A stretch of 64,000 nt of DNA from the human T2T-CHM13v2.0 reference genome, Homo sapiens (GCF_009914755.1 NC_060931.1); one strand, 5' to 3'. Positions 28,713-48,864 are shown, numbered from the stretch's first letter. The notes: generated by a model not told the origin, from the letters alone. Numbers and translations are program-made.

Positions 28713-29054
28713 ATTGTGTGTTTTCCAGTTCTATATGTCTACCTTTGACTGTGGTCAACAATTATCTTGTAATTGGATTGCAAGATCCTTGTAAATATGG
28801 ATTACAAAAGGTTATTGAATAAATTTAATTACCATGAAATAAATATCTGTTGATTTTGCCAATTATTATTATCATACAACCCAATTTATATTCAGAGTTA
28901 TTTTACTTACTATGTGGCCCTCAACATGCAAATTCAATATGAACATATAATCAAATGAATTAACTATATTCTTTTGTTTCTGTTTCATAAAACATATCCA
29001 AACATGTTAATGTTCATAAATACTATTGAGCAATGCACTACATCTTTCATTATC

Positions 29055-29368
<314 letters not shown>

Positions 29369-29630
29369 TAATATGGCATGATAGTAAGGAGCCTGAGACT
29401 TATCTCTTTTGATGATGTCTATGGTATAAAGGTGTTACAAATTCCCATAAATCACTGTTCCATCTTGATAATTTTGTTCCTCAGTCATGGACCTGAATTT
29501 TTATGACCTCTCAGTATGGGAAGATTCAAAATCATCCTTACTTTTTTGCTAGTTATATAACTAGCAAAAAAAAAATTAACTAGCATATGAATTAATAATA
29601 TTAGAAAGGGATGTATACAAGTGATAAAAC

Positions 29631-29930
<300 letters not shown>

Positions 29931-29987
29931 AAAACTATTTTAATTCTAATAAAGACCACATAGTAAATCAGTCTTTATGTCACAAGT

Positions 29988-30300
29988 TGTCTTAGTTCAT
30001 TTTGTGCTGCTGTAACAGAACACCACAAACTGGGTAATTTGTAAAAAACAGAAATTTATTTCTCACAGTTCTGGGGTCTGGGAAGTCCAAGATTAAGGTG
30101 GCATCTTCTGTGGGCCTGCTGGCTGTGTCCTCACATGGCAGAAGAGTGAAAGAGGGCAAATGTACTCCCACAAGTCCTTTTTATAGTGGCAGAGCCCTCA
30201 TGACCTAAACACCTCCCAGAAGGCCCCACCTCCCAATACTGTTGCATGGGGGATTAAGTTTCCAGCTATCAATTTTGGGGAACACATTCAGACCATCGCA
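29988..30300 (-). mobile_element. MST/MLT1A-type MaLR solo LTR
   Basis: TG...CA ends; 5-bp TSD caagt/caaat. Confidence 0.8.
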
Positions 30301-31323
30301 CAAATTATTTTAAAATTTTAATTTGCTTAAAGAAATAAAAAGAGGGTGTTGGTCTGCATTACTGAAAAGTCTGTAGTAGAGAGACTTGTTCCACTCTACC
30401 TGCCATGGTCTTGGCTTCATCTTCAAGCATCACGCACTGTCCTAGTTGCTCCCCTGGCAGTGGCCAGTGGCTATGGCTGCTTACATTCTCATACTGAACC
30501 ATCCTGGGGTGGATATGAACTTTCTTATGGAAGACGGAGGAAACTTTTGTCCTCACAGATACTGATTAGATTCTTGCTTACCTCTGAATCAATTACTATT
30601 GCCATAACAATGGAATAATACAAAGCTCTGGTATCAGGGCTCACAGTGGAGCTAAGTTGAGGTCATTCTCACTCAAACTATGGCTTGAGCATGGGAGATG
30701 AGGGAAAGATATGTTCTGGGTTTTTTAACCCACAAGAGGATGAAGGGCTACAGGATAACAACAATGGGTGTCGACCTCAGACAGTGACTGAGCAAATTAA
30801 TACATAGACGTGACTTTAAACAGGGTTTTAGACTGGCAGCTCCAGGTAAAATCTCATCTTCAAAATGTACTGCAGTGCTTTTAAAAATTGGAATCACAAT
30901 CTGTCATGGGATTAGACTGAAATAATAAAAGAAAAAGAAAAAATTGGAATCAGATGCCTTTGGAGAAGTCAGGCAGTCTCCCATGTTGACATCGTATGTT
31001 TATGTAACCTACTGGCCCCTTTGTGATTGAGGAAGCAGTGGATCAACTTTGTTCAATATCCCATATACCAATTATAACAAAAAAAGCTGAAGTATATGGT
31101 TTTGCTGTTGTTTATTTGATTTTGTTCAAGAGTTTAATTACCAGAGACTCATAACATAATTCTGGTAGCCTTGGATCACTCTGATATTTCCTAGTCAGAT
31201 TACTTCTACATCTGGCCCAAGATGGTTCAGTTCATCTTCCAACCCACTTCCAATTCATCTTCACAGATCATAAAGCAATGGCTTGCCATCCTAAGTGCAC
31301 ATTAGAATTTTTTCGAAATGTGA

Positions 31324-31678
<355 letters not shown>

Positions 31679-31779
31679 GAATTTATTTTTAATTTCCTCA
31701 AGTTCTGCTTTACAGTGATAATTGAGAGCCACTTCCATAAAAGGTAAAACTATCTAAGACATAAGAGATGCTCAGGAAT

Positions 31780-32615
31780 AAATCATGCTAGCAGTGATAG
31801 CAAGCATAGAAAGAAAGAGGCAGGTATGAGAGATATCTGGGGTGCAAAATTAATATTATCACTTACTTCCAGGGGTTGAAGGAGACTTGAAGGAGAATGG
31901 ATAATCTAGGTAGATTCCCAGGCGTTTGGGTGAGTGGATAGATGAAAGTGCCATCTCCCAACACAGGGAACTGTGTAACAGTGAGTCGGAAGTGGACATT
32001 ATTCAAGGGCAGTTGGCCATATGGAGAGTGTGAGTTAGAGATATATATCTGGGAGTCGTGGGCTAATAGATGATACTTAAATCATCAATGTAGATGGGGT
32101 CATCCAAACATTTATAAAATGAGAAGGCAACATGGTTTCTGATAAAACCCCTGGGAACACCCCTAAGGAGGTGGGAAAGGGTGTAGAAAAATAAGTTTAT
32201 GAAGATGGAGAAGGAGGGGCCGTTGAGGAGGAAAACAAGAATGATGTCATAGAAGTTGAAGCAGCAACAAAGCTTAAGGAAGGAATATTTCACAGTGCTG
32301 GTTATTATAATCAGTGATTGGTAAGATAAGTACAGAAAAGTCGGTATAGGCTTTTACAGCTAAGAGTTATTGTTGACTTTAATAAGGGAGAGCAGGTTCA
32401 GTGAAATGGTGGGGCCACTCACAATAGGTCAAGGGAAGAATGAGAAATGGAGAAATAAAGACAATGAATCTTGCCCACTTTTTCAAGAAACATGGCCTGT
32501 GAAGGAAAGGAGAAATCAGAAGACAGCAAATTTAATGAAGGTTTTTATTTGTTTGTTTTCATTTTAAAGAGGAAAGAGATTTGAGTATGTTTAAATGCTA
32601 AGGGGGAAAAGTGAG
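31780..32615 (-). mobile_element. L2 body
   Basis: Purine-rich L2-like sequence (ttttcaagaaac...gtgaaggaaaggagaaat). Confidence 0.6.
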
Positions 32616-32620
32616 TAGAG

Positions 32621-33135
<515 letters not shown>

Positions 33136-33250
33136 CAATGTTTAGCAAGTCGCAAAAGAGTACGTGCATTTATATGGTACTCAAAACAGGCAGAACAAAA
33201 AGTATTTCATTTTTTGAATACATATACAGATAGTAAATCTATGGTGCTGA

Positions 33251-33608
<358 letters not shown>

Positions 33609-33759
33609 TAGAGGTTACCTCTGATTGGGAGGAAGGGAAGGCAGATTTATTATTATTCTTTACATAATAGTAAGGTCAGGAAAATTTCACAGGGATTATT
33701 CCATGAGTCTAGATCAATGATTCAGAGAAATCAACATGTTTTATGTATTCTTAGTCACA

Positions 33760-34185
33760 GGGCATGACACTGAGCAGAACATTTCCAGCCTACCTTGCAG
33801 CTAGATTTGGTTATATAACTAAATCTGGGCCCATAACCTATGAGCAGAAGTGATGTGTGTGACTTCCACATCTTTCCTTAAAGCCAGAGTCCCCTGCCCT
33901 CGACATTTTTTTTCCATTCCCACAGACTAGAATATAAACATGGAGAGAGCCAGTTTCAACCATATGGATGAAGACAATACCTAGAGAGGTGGTAAAGCAA
34001 GGAGACAGAAGAAACTTGGGTATCCGAATGAAACCCAGGCCTCTGCTCTAATGAAGTAAGACCCCCAGGCCAGCCCTGGACCTCTTACTCTAGATTTATA
34101 AGAGAGAAAGAAACTTCATTTTATTTAAGTCAATATATTTTGGAGTCTCTTTATTATAGCAGCTTAGCTTGCACCTTGACTAATA
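33760..34185 (+). mobile_element. Old MLT1 (H/I/J-like) LTR
   Basis: catttccagcctaccttgcagctag...tgagcagaagtgatgtgtgtgacttcc...tttaagtca...gactaata. Confidence 0.65.
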
Positions 34186-34256
34186 AAGCCACTGCCATGT
34201 ATTTTTTTTGTAAATGTCAGTAGATAGGCATGAATTTAAAAATGGAATAGTGTGCA

Positions 34257-35047
<791 letters not shown>

Positions 35048-35544
35048 AAAAATGGAATAGTGTGCATGTGCCATGGTATACAAGAAGACCAGCTGCTTCC
35101 ACATCCTGGAAATGTCATTTTCTCAGTGCCTGGGAGTAATCAGGCCCTGAGAGACTGGGACAAGTTGTCTGAAAAGCACAAGAGACCAAAATAGGTACCA
35201 GAATGCAAATGTATTAATTTACTAGGAGAAATAAAACAGCAATACCCCTGTGGACATAATCAGCATATTCCCTCTCCTGTAATGAAGCTACATAGGAAGC
35301 TAAGCCATATTCAGAAGTCATTTCCATGATTTGCTAGAAATGTTTGAAGTTCAGGTGGTCAACCCAGGCTCTCCCTGGTTGATCTACATTGGAATTAGAT
35401 GGTTCCTTCATGAGTATGAGAGAAACAGATAAATCAAATGTTTAGTGAATGTCCTGTTACTTTTGTGACCATATTAAGAGGAAGTACTCAAAATCAATGC
35501 CTAACTCTCCTATATTTATCTTTGCATTGGAAATGGTATTGCAA

Positions 35545-35687
35545 GGCCAGGCACAGTTGTCTCAGGTCTATAATTCCAGCATTTTGGGAGGCTGAGGTGG
35601 GAGAATCACTTGAGGCCTGGAGTTCAAGACCTGCCTGAGCAAAATAGTGAGACCATGATTCTACAAAAGAAAGAAAGAAAAAATAAA
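35545..35687 (+). mobile_element. FLAM / Alu left monomer
   Basis: Single arm plus tail. Confidence 0.82.
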
Positions 35688-35782
35688 TGGTTTTGCAACT
35701 GGAACCAGGAATAGGTCAAATTTAGGTGGCATAGTTTCCTTTTGCTTGGACAGTGGACACTACTGGTGTTTGCCTTTGTGAC

Positions 35783-36092
35783 TTTTCTTTTTTTGAGACA
35801 GGATCTTGCTCTGTGGTCCAGGCTGGAGTACATTCATGTTCTTAGCTCAGGCATGTTCTTAGCTCACTGTGGCCTCAACCTCCTAGACTCAAGCAACCCT
35901 CCCATCTCAGCCTCCTGAGTAGCTGGGACTATAGACATGTGCCACTACAACTGGTTAATTAAAAAAAAAAATTGGTAGAGACTGTGCAGGCAGCGGGGGG
36001 CCTCACTAAAATTCCTCACTCAAGCTCAAGGGATCCCCCCACCTCAGCCTCCTGAACCACTGGGATTACAAGCACAAGTCACTGTGCCCAGC
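35783..36092 (-). mobile_element. AluJ
   Basis: Diverged antisense dimer; TSD ~tgtgactttt. Confidence 0.85.
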
Positions 36093-36508
36093 CCCAACTG
36101 TGACTTTTCTCATCCCAAGGGCTGATCCAAAGAGTATTGCTTGCCTTTCAGGAGATTTTCACCTGTTGGGGGGAAAAAATCTCCCTAGATTAGTAGACTT
36201 TCTGGGAAGTACTATCTTTGTTCTGAAGATATGCTATTTGTATTTTTTGGAGACAAAACATCTTTCTTTTAGGACATGACAGCAGTAGTAGACTGTTAGA
36301 TCTTTTTCATGCCAGTCTTGGGTAAATTGAAAAGTTGGCAGCACTTCATCACATTCTACAATTTTTTTTCTAACTTGGTCATAAAATTCAAAGTCCTGGA
36401 ACTACTGTTCTGTCCTGCCACAGTTGAACAACGACTTGTTTTGATTGATACATTCTTAAAATGTGATAATAACTTCAAACTGGTTTCATTAAAATTTTCT
36501 GGGCCTTT

Positions 36509-36815
<307 letters not shown>

Positions 36816-36974
36816 CTATCCTTCATGTGATTCCTTTTAGTTAGTTTTATAACTAAAAATTTAGGGGCATTTTGTTTTATCACATTCGCAAGTTATCAAT
36901 GCATATCACTATAGCTCTCAATTATTCACAACATCCTATGGATTCACTTTCTAAGAGCACAGGAATCATGTCAT

Positions 36975-37240
36975 AGTAATAATAACAATGATCTCTACCA
37001 TTTATTGAGCATACTGTATATGCTAGGCACTATGTAAGTCCTTTACGTGGAGCAATTCAGGTCAACCTTTCAGCAACCCTTTGAAGCAATTATAATTATT
37101 CTTTGCATTTGAAGAGAAAACAATTAGGAAATGAAGAGGTTGTTAACTTGTCCAAGATTACACAGCTATAAATAGGACTAGAACTCAAAAAAAGGCATCT
37201 GATTCCAAAGGCCATGCTCATAACCACTATATATTCTGTC
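36975..37240 (-). mobile_element. MIR
   Basis: catttattgagc...ctaggcactatg...taacttgtccaagattacacagct. Confidence 0.72.
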
Positions 37241-37544
37241 TTTCAAAAAATCAGGGGCTGCATCCCCATTGGGAATTTGAACTCTGGTTTTCCATGAGAA
37301 AACAAAACTAGTGAGGCCTTGCAGGGCTTTTTTTTTTTTTTTAATATTTAATACATAAAAAATATTCAGTGCTAAACCTAATCTATACCATCCATATACA
37401 AAAAACTTTCATTGTGTAGGGTAGAATAATGAAAATATTTCTCAATAAATTTTTTTTTTTACTCTTTCTATTTGTAAACTTTTTGTCCCTAAAGAGATTC
37501 CTAACTACAGCTTTATCAAGAACAGTATACTTTAAAAAAGAAGT

Positions 37545-37798
<254 letters not shown>

Positions 37799-38271
37799 CT
37801 ATTCTTTCTTGCAGGTCCTTTTTTTGTTTTGTTTTGCTTTGCTTTGCTTTGTTTTTCCAACACACTTTCTGATTTTAACCTACTCAGCCAATGTGACAGA
37901 GATAATACCAGCCCTTGTCTCTCTATTCCATTTTCTGGGATATGGTCTTGGGTTCTGTTTAAGGAAGGTCCTGTCTCTGATTTGCATGTCTTTCTGCCAT
38001 ACTGAATCCTTCAAACCTTCCTTGGTCTTCCTGCACTGATCTCTCCTGAGTGTACCCTATGTAACTTGTCCTAATGGGGGTCTTTTGGGAAGTCTACAAC
38101 ATATGCCAATTTTCCGCATATTATTAGCCTCGGCTTTAGTGCTTTGGATCTCCCAACCATATTATGTAATGCTTGATGTATTAGGGATTCCCATTCTGAA
38201 CTCTAAGAAAAATAATCAAACCAAAAATTACATTCAAGACTTTCTCCAGTGGTTTCCGTATATTAACTGAT

Positions 38272-38790
38272 ATGTCAAGGGCCCCCAAAACCATCCCCAG
38301 ATTTGGTTATTTGCTAGAAGGACTCAGGAGTCAGCATATGGTCACACTCATGGCTATGATTTATTATAGCAAAAGGGTACAAAGAAAAATCAGCAAAGGC
38401 AAAAGCACATGGAGCAAAGTCTAGAGGAAACCAAGCTCAAGCTTTTGATAATTCTTTCCAAATGAAGTCACACAAGACACGCCTAACTCCTTAGTAATGA
38501 GTCATGATGACATGTGGGAAGTGTTTTCTACCAGAGAAGCTCATTATACACTCTGCACCCAGGGTTTTACTGGTGGTTAAATCACATAGGCATCCTCTGC
38601 CTACCACCAAATTCCAGACTCCCAGAAATAAAGCAGGTATTCATCATAAACTCACATTGTTTGTATAGTTTAGGTATAGTAAGCCACTTTTATCAGTTAG
38701 CATAGTAGAAACCTTTCCCAAATTCAAGTTCGCAGATGTCAGCCAAGGGCAAACCTGGTAAGGAGCCAGGCCTGCCATGTTAACTGTTTT
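38272..38790 (-). mobile_element. MER77/MER21-group ERVL LTR
   Basis: cccccaaaaccatcccc...ttgctagaaggactca...aaattccagactcccagaa...gccaagggc. Confidence 0.7.
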
Positions 38791-39946
38791 TTGTTTTTTT
38801 AAATATCTAAGGAAATACAAATAGAGGAGCTCTGGTAGAACAGATCTAAGGCAAATCTCTTGAGGGAGAGCCAAGGGTCTGAGGCTGGAGTCACCAGACA
38901 TAACTGTCAAGTCCAAAGGTCTGCAGCTTGACAGTGAATGGGAAAGAAAGCTAAAATGGGAAACCGAGCAGGAAGTTGATTGAAGTACAGCCCACTGAAT
39001 GCTTTGGTCAGAATTGATTCTTCCCAAATGCTGCTAGGTGCCCAAAGTTACCCTTCCAGGTGCATAGGTGAATCAAGCAACCTAAAGATACAGAGTCAAG
39101 ATTGGCAAACACTCTCCAGATGCCACCCCACCCCCACCCACCCACCATGACATGGCAAAGATTCCTCAGGGAAGAAAGGCTATGACTGGTCACTGAGGTG
39201 AGTGTTTGTATTAGAAGGCCAGTGTTCTGAGTTTTCCATTTGTTTTTCCATTTGCTTTTTCCATTTGTTTCCAGCCAAAGTCTAATAGCTCTACAGTGTC
39301 TGACATGACCCATTCTTTCAATGATGCATTTGTGGCAGATGCTGAATTATGTGTATAGTACCCCACAACATATAGCCAACTATTCTTGAAGAAAAAGAAA
39401 AGCCCCGCCTCACTTTAAACCAGGCTGCAGTGTCCCATGCTCCTTGGGAAGAATGAGAGGCTATGTCAGGAATACTGTGGCCTGCACACAGTGACCTTAG
39501 GGCGTCATTATCCACTCACTTCCTCTGCAGCCAGTAGTAACAGGCCCTGAGAGGCTCATCAGAGAGTTAGATCTCTAAGGAGGCTAAAGCCTTGGGCATC
39601 TCTCTCAGGAAATAAAACAGTTTTTCCAAGCCCAATTCAGATGTTTGAATACTGGCTATAAATATTAGTTTCCTAGCAATTGATTAACAACATTTTTCAT
39701 GACTCTCTGAACTAATAGACTTATTTGGTCCCTGGATCTTGCCTCTCACACACCTCTGGTGCTGAAAGTCCTGGACTGAAATGGATGTGGTATGTTGATC
39801 TCCAGGCAAACTGGAGAAATTCAATTCTGAATGCCTTGCTTGTAGAGAGCACCTCCTCAGACCCAATATCTATTCATAGATTTTGGATTTTACAGCCTCT
39901 GGCCACACATTCACTAGTCTAACTCTCCCACTGACTATTCTCTGAA

Positions 39947-40250
39947 GCAGCACTATGCAAAAGAAACATAATTTGAGCCATTTAAATTTTCTAGTAGCCA
40001 CATTTCAAAAGAGGATAGAGAAATAAGTGAAATTAATTTTAATAATATATTTTATTTAACCTGATACTAAAAATAGTATTTCTTCATATAATCAATATTT
40101 AAAAATGATTAACAATATATTTTACACTTTTTTAGACTAAATCTTTTAATTCCAGGTTCTATTTTATGCTTGGAGTACATCTCAATTCGTACCAGCTACC
40201 TTTCAAGTGCTCAGTAGCCACCTGTGGCCAGTGGCTACCGTACGGGACTT
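39947..40250. mobile_element. MER33/MER3-type hAT element
   Basis: ttttctagtagccacattt...tttcaagtgctcagtagccacctgtggccagtggctacc. Confidence 0.75.
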
Positions 40251-40504
40251 TGAAGTTCTAGGGAAAGGCCAGGGGGTCACTCAGAATCCAGCAGTCAGGA
40301 AGTCTGTGACCCTGTAATGCACCCTACACATTAGCATTCAATGCCATTGTCCTAAGAAAATACCTGCAGATGTGCCCTGCTACATGCTTAGTATTTTCAC
40401 ACAGACTGATGCCAGATGAGTTTAATTACTAGGGTAGAAGAGCAGCTCCTCACCATAAAGTTCACCTTCAACTCCTAAAGACCCCGCCTCAAAAAGATCT
40501 ATTG

Positions 40505-40820
40505 CCAGGCATGGTGGCTCACGCCTGTAATCCCAGCACTTAAGGAGGCCGAGGCAGGTGGATCGCCTGAGGCCAGGAGTTCAAGACCAGCTTGAGCAAC
40601 ACGGTGAGACCCCATTTCTATTTAAAAACAAAAATACAAAAATTAGCTGAATGTGGTGGCACAGGCCTGTAATCCCAGCTACTGGGGGTCGGAGGTGCGG
40701 GATGCTGAGGTGGGAGGATCGCTTGAGTCCAGGAGGTCAAGGCTGCAGTGAGCCATGATTTCACCACTGTACTCCAACCTGGGTGACAGAGCAAGACCCT
40801 GTCTCAAAAATAGAAAAAAA
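40505..40820 (+). mobile_element. AluJ
   Basis: Dimer with a short G-rich insertion in the right arm. Confidence 0.88.
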
Positions 40821-41902
40821 GACTTAGCACTCCTATTAAGTTCAGAATGAAGCCCTTAGCAGATATGTGCCACTATAAATTAAGGCCAGAGGCTTAATTC
40901 TTCCACTGGTTAATTTTAGGTTTTAAGGTGCTTTGAGACCAAGAAGTCAGAAAATTATCCCCATTCCAGATCTTTCATTCAAAAACCTCTGCTATATAGT
41001 CCTACAACCTCAAAAGAACTGGCAAAACTCATACAGTGCCACCAAACAAAATTTCTGTATCTGTCCAATCTTACAGGGCTCTGAGCATACCCTGAGAGTC
41101 AGCCATGTGAACTAGGAGTAAGGAAGGCCTCCCATGCAAATACAGCCAGTTACATGTCCCAGCAGACAAGGCCTAGGTCCAGGTCTTTCTGCTGTGCCAG
41201 GATGCAATCTGAGAGGGCCACTGGGGCCCTTTCAAGGAAACTAATTTGACTCATTAGGGACTCTAATGGTCCCGTGTGTAACATAACTTCTTTCATTAGT
41301 CAGGCAAGTGCAAATGGTACTCCTGGCCAAAAAATAAATGGGTGATTCCCAAAATGCTATTATTCTTTTTTCTGCCCCCTAAGCCTGCTAGGGTACAATG
41401 TCATCCAATTTAATCATAAACTTTCCTGTTTATCTGGGTTCATCTCAGGGAAGATGGGGCTATTAATGAAGATAGTTTTATTTATCACTTGTGCCTGACT
41501 ACACTTGACACTGGACACTCAACCATCACCTGCAAAATGTGATAGAACAGTATAGACCACTGAGTAGATTCCTATCATACATGTAGAACCCTTTAGAGGA
41601 CCTACACTTGTGACTCGCCTTGTAAGACATCACTTCCAGGTCCGAATGTACTTCCTGTTACCCCTAAACTCATGGCTAAGAATTCATCAACCACGTGCTA
41701 GAATACTTCAAATTTAGGGCATCTTCTTAATAGGGTAATTGCCCTTAATAGGCCAAACTTCACACTATGAAATTTTAAAAAATAACTTCATTCAGCCAAT
41801 ATTTAAAATACATACTACAATTATGTGTTTCAATCTGTCTACATTATTTGGGCTGCTGTAACAAAACATCAGCCGACAACAGAGGAATGAATAAAGAAAT
41901 CA

Positions 41903-42203
<301 letters not shown>

Positions 42204-42358
42204 GAAAGTGTGGTATATTTGTATATATACAAAAACATATATAAATATTTACATATATGTGTAAAAATACAAATATATTTACATATCTATGTACCACAAT
42301 GTGTGTGTGTGTGTGTGTGTAAAATGGATATTTATTCCACCTTAAAAAGGGAGATCTT

Positions 42359-43186
<828 letters not shown>

Positions 43187-44799
43187 TTATGCTAAGTGAA
43201 ATCAAGCCAGACACAGACAGAAAAGTGTTACATTATCTTACTTATAAGTTGAATCTAAAAAAAAAGAGTGAAATATGCAGAGATAGAGAATAAAACAGCG
43301 GCTACCAGGGTTGGAGGGTGGAAGGAAGAAATGGGGACATGTAGGTTAGAAGCCACAAAGTAGCAGGTATGTAGGATGAACAAGTCTAAGGAGCTGATGT
43401 ACAACACCATGGCTATAGTACGGCTAGAGTTAATAAAACTGTGCTGTATTTAGAATTCCTGCTAAATGAGTAGATTTTACCTGCTCTTACCCCCTCTACA
43501 CACAAAATGAGTTACCATGTGAGATGATGCATATATTTGCTCCACTCTAAAAATTACTTTGCTCTATGTATCCTGTAACATGATGTCGTATACCTTAAAT
43601 ATACACAATAAAGTTTATTTTTTAAAAAGTATCATAAGTGGGGTAGCTTATAAACAACAGAAATTTATTTCTTACAGTTCTGGAAGCTGGGAAATCCAAG
43701 ATCAAGGCACCAAGAGATTCAGTATCTAGTGAGGGCCCGCTTCCCGGTTCACAGATACTGTCTTCTTGCTGTGTTCTCACATGTTGAAGGGGTGAGAGAT
43801 CTCTCTGAGGCCTCTTCTACAAGGGCACTAGTCCCATTCATGAGCACTCCACCCTCATGACGTAATGACCTCCCAAAGACTCCATCTCCAAATTTCACCA
43901 CTGAATGTATGTTAAGAGTTAACATATGAATTTGGGGGTGACACAGACATATAGTCCATTACACACCCCAAATAGTTCTCCATCATTCACTTCAATCACC
44001 ACTACAACAACTCATCTAGAAGAATCCCATGCAGCCCAGAACTATCAAGCCTTTTGAGACCTAAAAGACTAGACTCTGAAGTCTAAAATACAGCCAACAA
44101 TAATTGTTTTATAGATGGTGTCCATGAAATGTTCAGCTTCGCTTCCATTATGAGGTTCTTTGGGAATATCTCCTTTTGCTGGGCATACAATGAAAAACAG
44201 ATAAGCTTCAATGTTCACAGTTGCCATTGTTTCTCTTGATAGCATCAGTATTTACTCTATATTGGGCTAAATCTGGGAGAGATAGAATGTTCATGGTAAT
44301 TTTAACATAAATTTAACATAACTTTAAAATTTTAACATAATTTGTATTAGCAAGGAAAGATTCTGTAGCTTATTTTTTAGGCTTTTTGTGGGCTTCTCTC
44401 TGTAACCTTTACATTGTTTCTTTGTAGACAATCATTAGTGAAGGAAAGTTAGACCTAATGAGTCCCACTTTGGAGTTTATAATTATTTCCTCATTGTGAT
44501 GATAATTATTCTATATCCTCTCCAAGTCTGACATTCTTGAAGATATAGTTCTATTTCTATTCCCCCAATGGTTGTATCCTAAGTAATAGGATAATCTAAC
44601 AACTGATCTGTATCAAATGAGAGAACCTCCTATAAATTACATCTTTTTAAAAGACATATTATGATCATTATTGCCAGGCATTATTCTGTTGCAATAGAAG
44701 AAAAATTAATTCATTTTCTTTGACAGTAATTTACAAACTTTTTGGAGGCAACAGTGGAAAGGCTTTTATAATAGCATTGAGGAAGATTAGAGTAGAAGT

Positions 44800-45832
<1,033 letters not shown>

Positions 45833-45883
45833 TGGTGAGTTAGTTTTAATTTTATTTCACTTTTGGAGTATTTTAGAGCCTTA

Positions 45884-46166
<283 letters not shown>

Positions 46167-46275
46167 TTATAAGCATATGGTAAAATTCAAGCAGTGTAAA
46201 AGGGCAATCAAAGTAAATGTCCCTCTCATTTCAGGCATCATTCATCTCTCCAGAGTCAACCTCAGAACAAGTTTC

Positions 46276-46311
46276 GTGTGTGTGTGTGTCTGTGTGTGTG
46301 TGTGTGTGTGT
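46276..46311. repeat. (TG)n microsatellite, one interruption
   Basis: Read directly from the sequence. Confidence 0.95.
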
Positions 46312-46764
46312 TTCATTTCTACTCAAATACAAGACAATATACACATTGTTTTACATCTTGTTTATTGTACTTTATATATCTTTCAATCAATACATATAGA
46401 TCTATCTCCCTTTTTAAAGACTGCATGATATTATATTGTATGGATATACCACAATTCATTTAACCAATTCTAATTTTTTACCATTATAAATAGTGATGAA
46501 ATGGACATCTTTAAATTTACATCTTTAGACAAAGATGTGAATAGAAATCTGAGGATAAATTCCTAGAAATGGAATAACTGATTCAAAAAACATGCATTTT
46601 ACATTTTAACAGCAATCGCCAAAATTTCTTCTAAAGAGGTTCTATACATTTACATTCAAGAATAAGATAGTTTTGATAATAGAAAAAGTTCTATCCACCC
46701 TCATAGATTTCCAAAAGCCTTAGCTGTTGTCTATTTCAAAATTAGCAGACAATATGGTCATCTC

Positions 46765-46990
46765 CTATATGCTAGGCACTTTGCTAAGCACTTAATATAC
46801 ACTAACTTATTTAATACTCAGAACAGTCATGCAAGGCACAAAAGGATGAAGTAATATGTCCAAGGTCACACAGATAGTAAGGAACAAAGGAATTAAGTAA
46901 CATACCAAGGTCACACAGCCAGGAAATGGTGAGGCTGAGACTAAACACTCATAAACTGACTTCAGAGCTCATGTGTCAGTTGCTATCCTG
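46765..46990 (-). mobile_element. MIR with an internal tandem duplication
   Basis: ccaaggtcacacag core present twice. Confidence 0.7.
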
Positions 46991-47705
46991 CCTCACTACT
47001 TTACTTTTTTATACTAATCAAAGTAATATGTATATATGGTTAAAATTTTTTCAGCTTATAAAAGCAACTATAATGAGAGACAATAGTCCTCTGCTCCCCA
47101 GAAACCACAGCTTTTAATCACTATGATTTTACTTCTAGTAGAGACTTCCATACATCTAAATAATACGTTCATATTTTCATTGCTTGATTTATTTGTTGAT
47201 CTCCCACTTTAAAAGATGAGGATTTAACTCACTCTACTTACATCTACATCTCTTTCCATTTTTCCTTTTTTAGATATTTGATTGTTCTATCATTTTTTAA
47301 ACTTTGTAATATTTAAGTTTTATTTATTGTTGTCTTACTCAAAGACAGTATTTCTTAATTCCCCATCATGTTTTTTTTTTAAAAAAAGGTTATTAGTGTC
47401 CCTATGCTTCCATTTACTTTTCTTCTTCAATTTTACCTACCAATTTCTATCAGCTTTATCTTTCTTTTACATTGTCAAGGGTGGTTTATATTCTGTTCTG
47501 TGGTCATAACATAATAACATTTTCTGTATCTTATCTATAAATTGATTCTAAAAGTTGAATCATAATTAATAACACATTTATTATTTAGACTATAAAGGTA
47601 TTGTTCAACAGAGAGCCAGGAAGCTTGCTTTTTTTCAAACTATAGATTCCATTTAGGATTGCTGTATACATGAAGGAGAATGCTTCTGACATCATAGTCA
47701 ACTAG

Positions 47706-48035
<330 letters not shown>

Positions 48036-48864
48036 TAGATTGATTAATATGAGGAATACAACTTTATTTCAGCATTTTTGTTTTCCTGGAGTTTCTAATT
48101 GCCTTGCTTTTTTTTTTCATGAAAAAAAGAACATGCTTACTTTCTCATATCCAAATATCTTTCAACATTTTATTTATTCTACCTATGACATGGGATTCTT
48201 TCCTTTCTTACTGAAAATATTCTTTTTAGTCCCCACTGAATTCTTGTTCCAATTTGGAAAGACTTATTTCTAGGCCCGCAGTACCCAAAATAAGTTCTTT
48301 TTATTGAACTCCTGAGTAGTTCCACATTTTCTGTATTCTAAGTCATTTTCTTTCAGATTTCCCTCCCTCTTATTTTTTTCTTGGGTACATCAAGTAACTT
48401 CCTAAGAAAAGGAGTTTCTGAGACCTAAAGTGTCTTTATCTTCTTCTCACGCTTACTTGATGGTTTGACTCCAAGTTCTCCAGCCTCAGAGTTTCTCTGA
48501 AGTGCTGCCGGTCAAATTCATTCCTACTGCCACTGAAGCCCCTCCCGACTGTATCTGGGTTATGGCTTCCTTCCTTCTGTTTAATCCATTACATGATTCC
48601 ATCTCTTTTCTGACTTCCATAAATTTAAAACAAATCTCATCTGTTGGTGATTCTCATTCCATTCTCTTCATTCTTGTCATTTTATTTCCTTTCCAATTTT
48701 TGTTCCTTTATTGCCATTTTAATGGCATCCAGATCAAATACATGTGTACAGTCTGCTATTGAAAATAGAGGCTTCTCCCTTGTCCTTTTTATTTTTTAGA
48801 GTCGCAAAGATTGTGTTGTTGGTTGTCATCATGCATAAGAATCCACCTTTCTACTTTTTCAACG

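Noticed and set aside
35835-35866. 15-bp duplication CATGTTCTTAGCTCA inside an AluJ
   Set aside because: Real but a trivial local slippage event in a dead repeat.
36151-36184. GGAGATTTT / AAAATCTCC inverted repeat
   Set aside because: A 9-bp stem is expected by chance in 64 kb, and nothing else supports a structured RNA.
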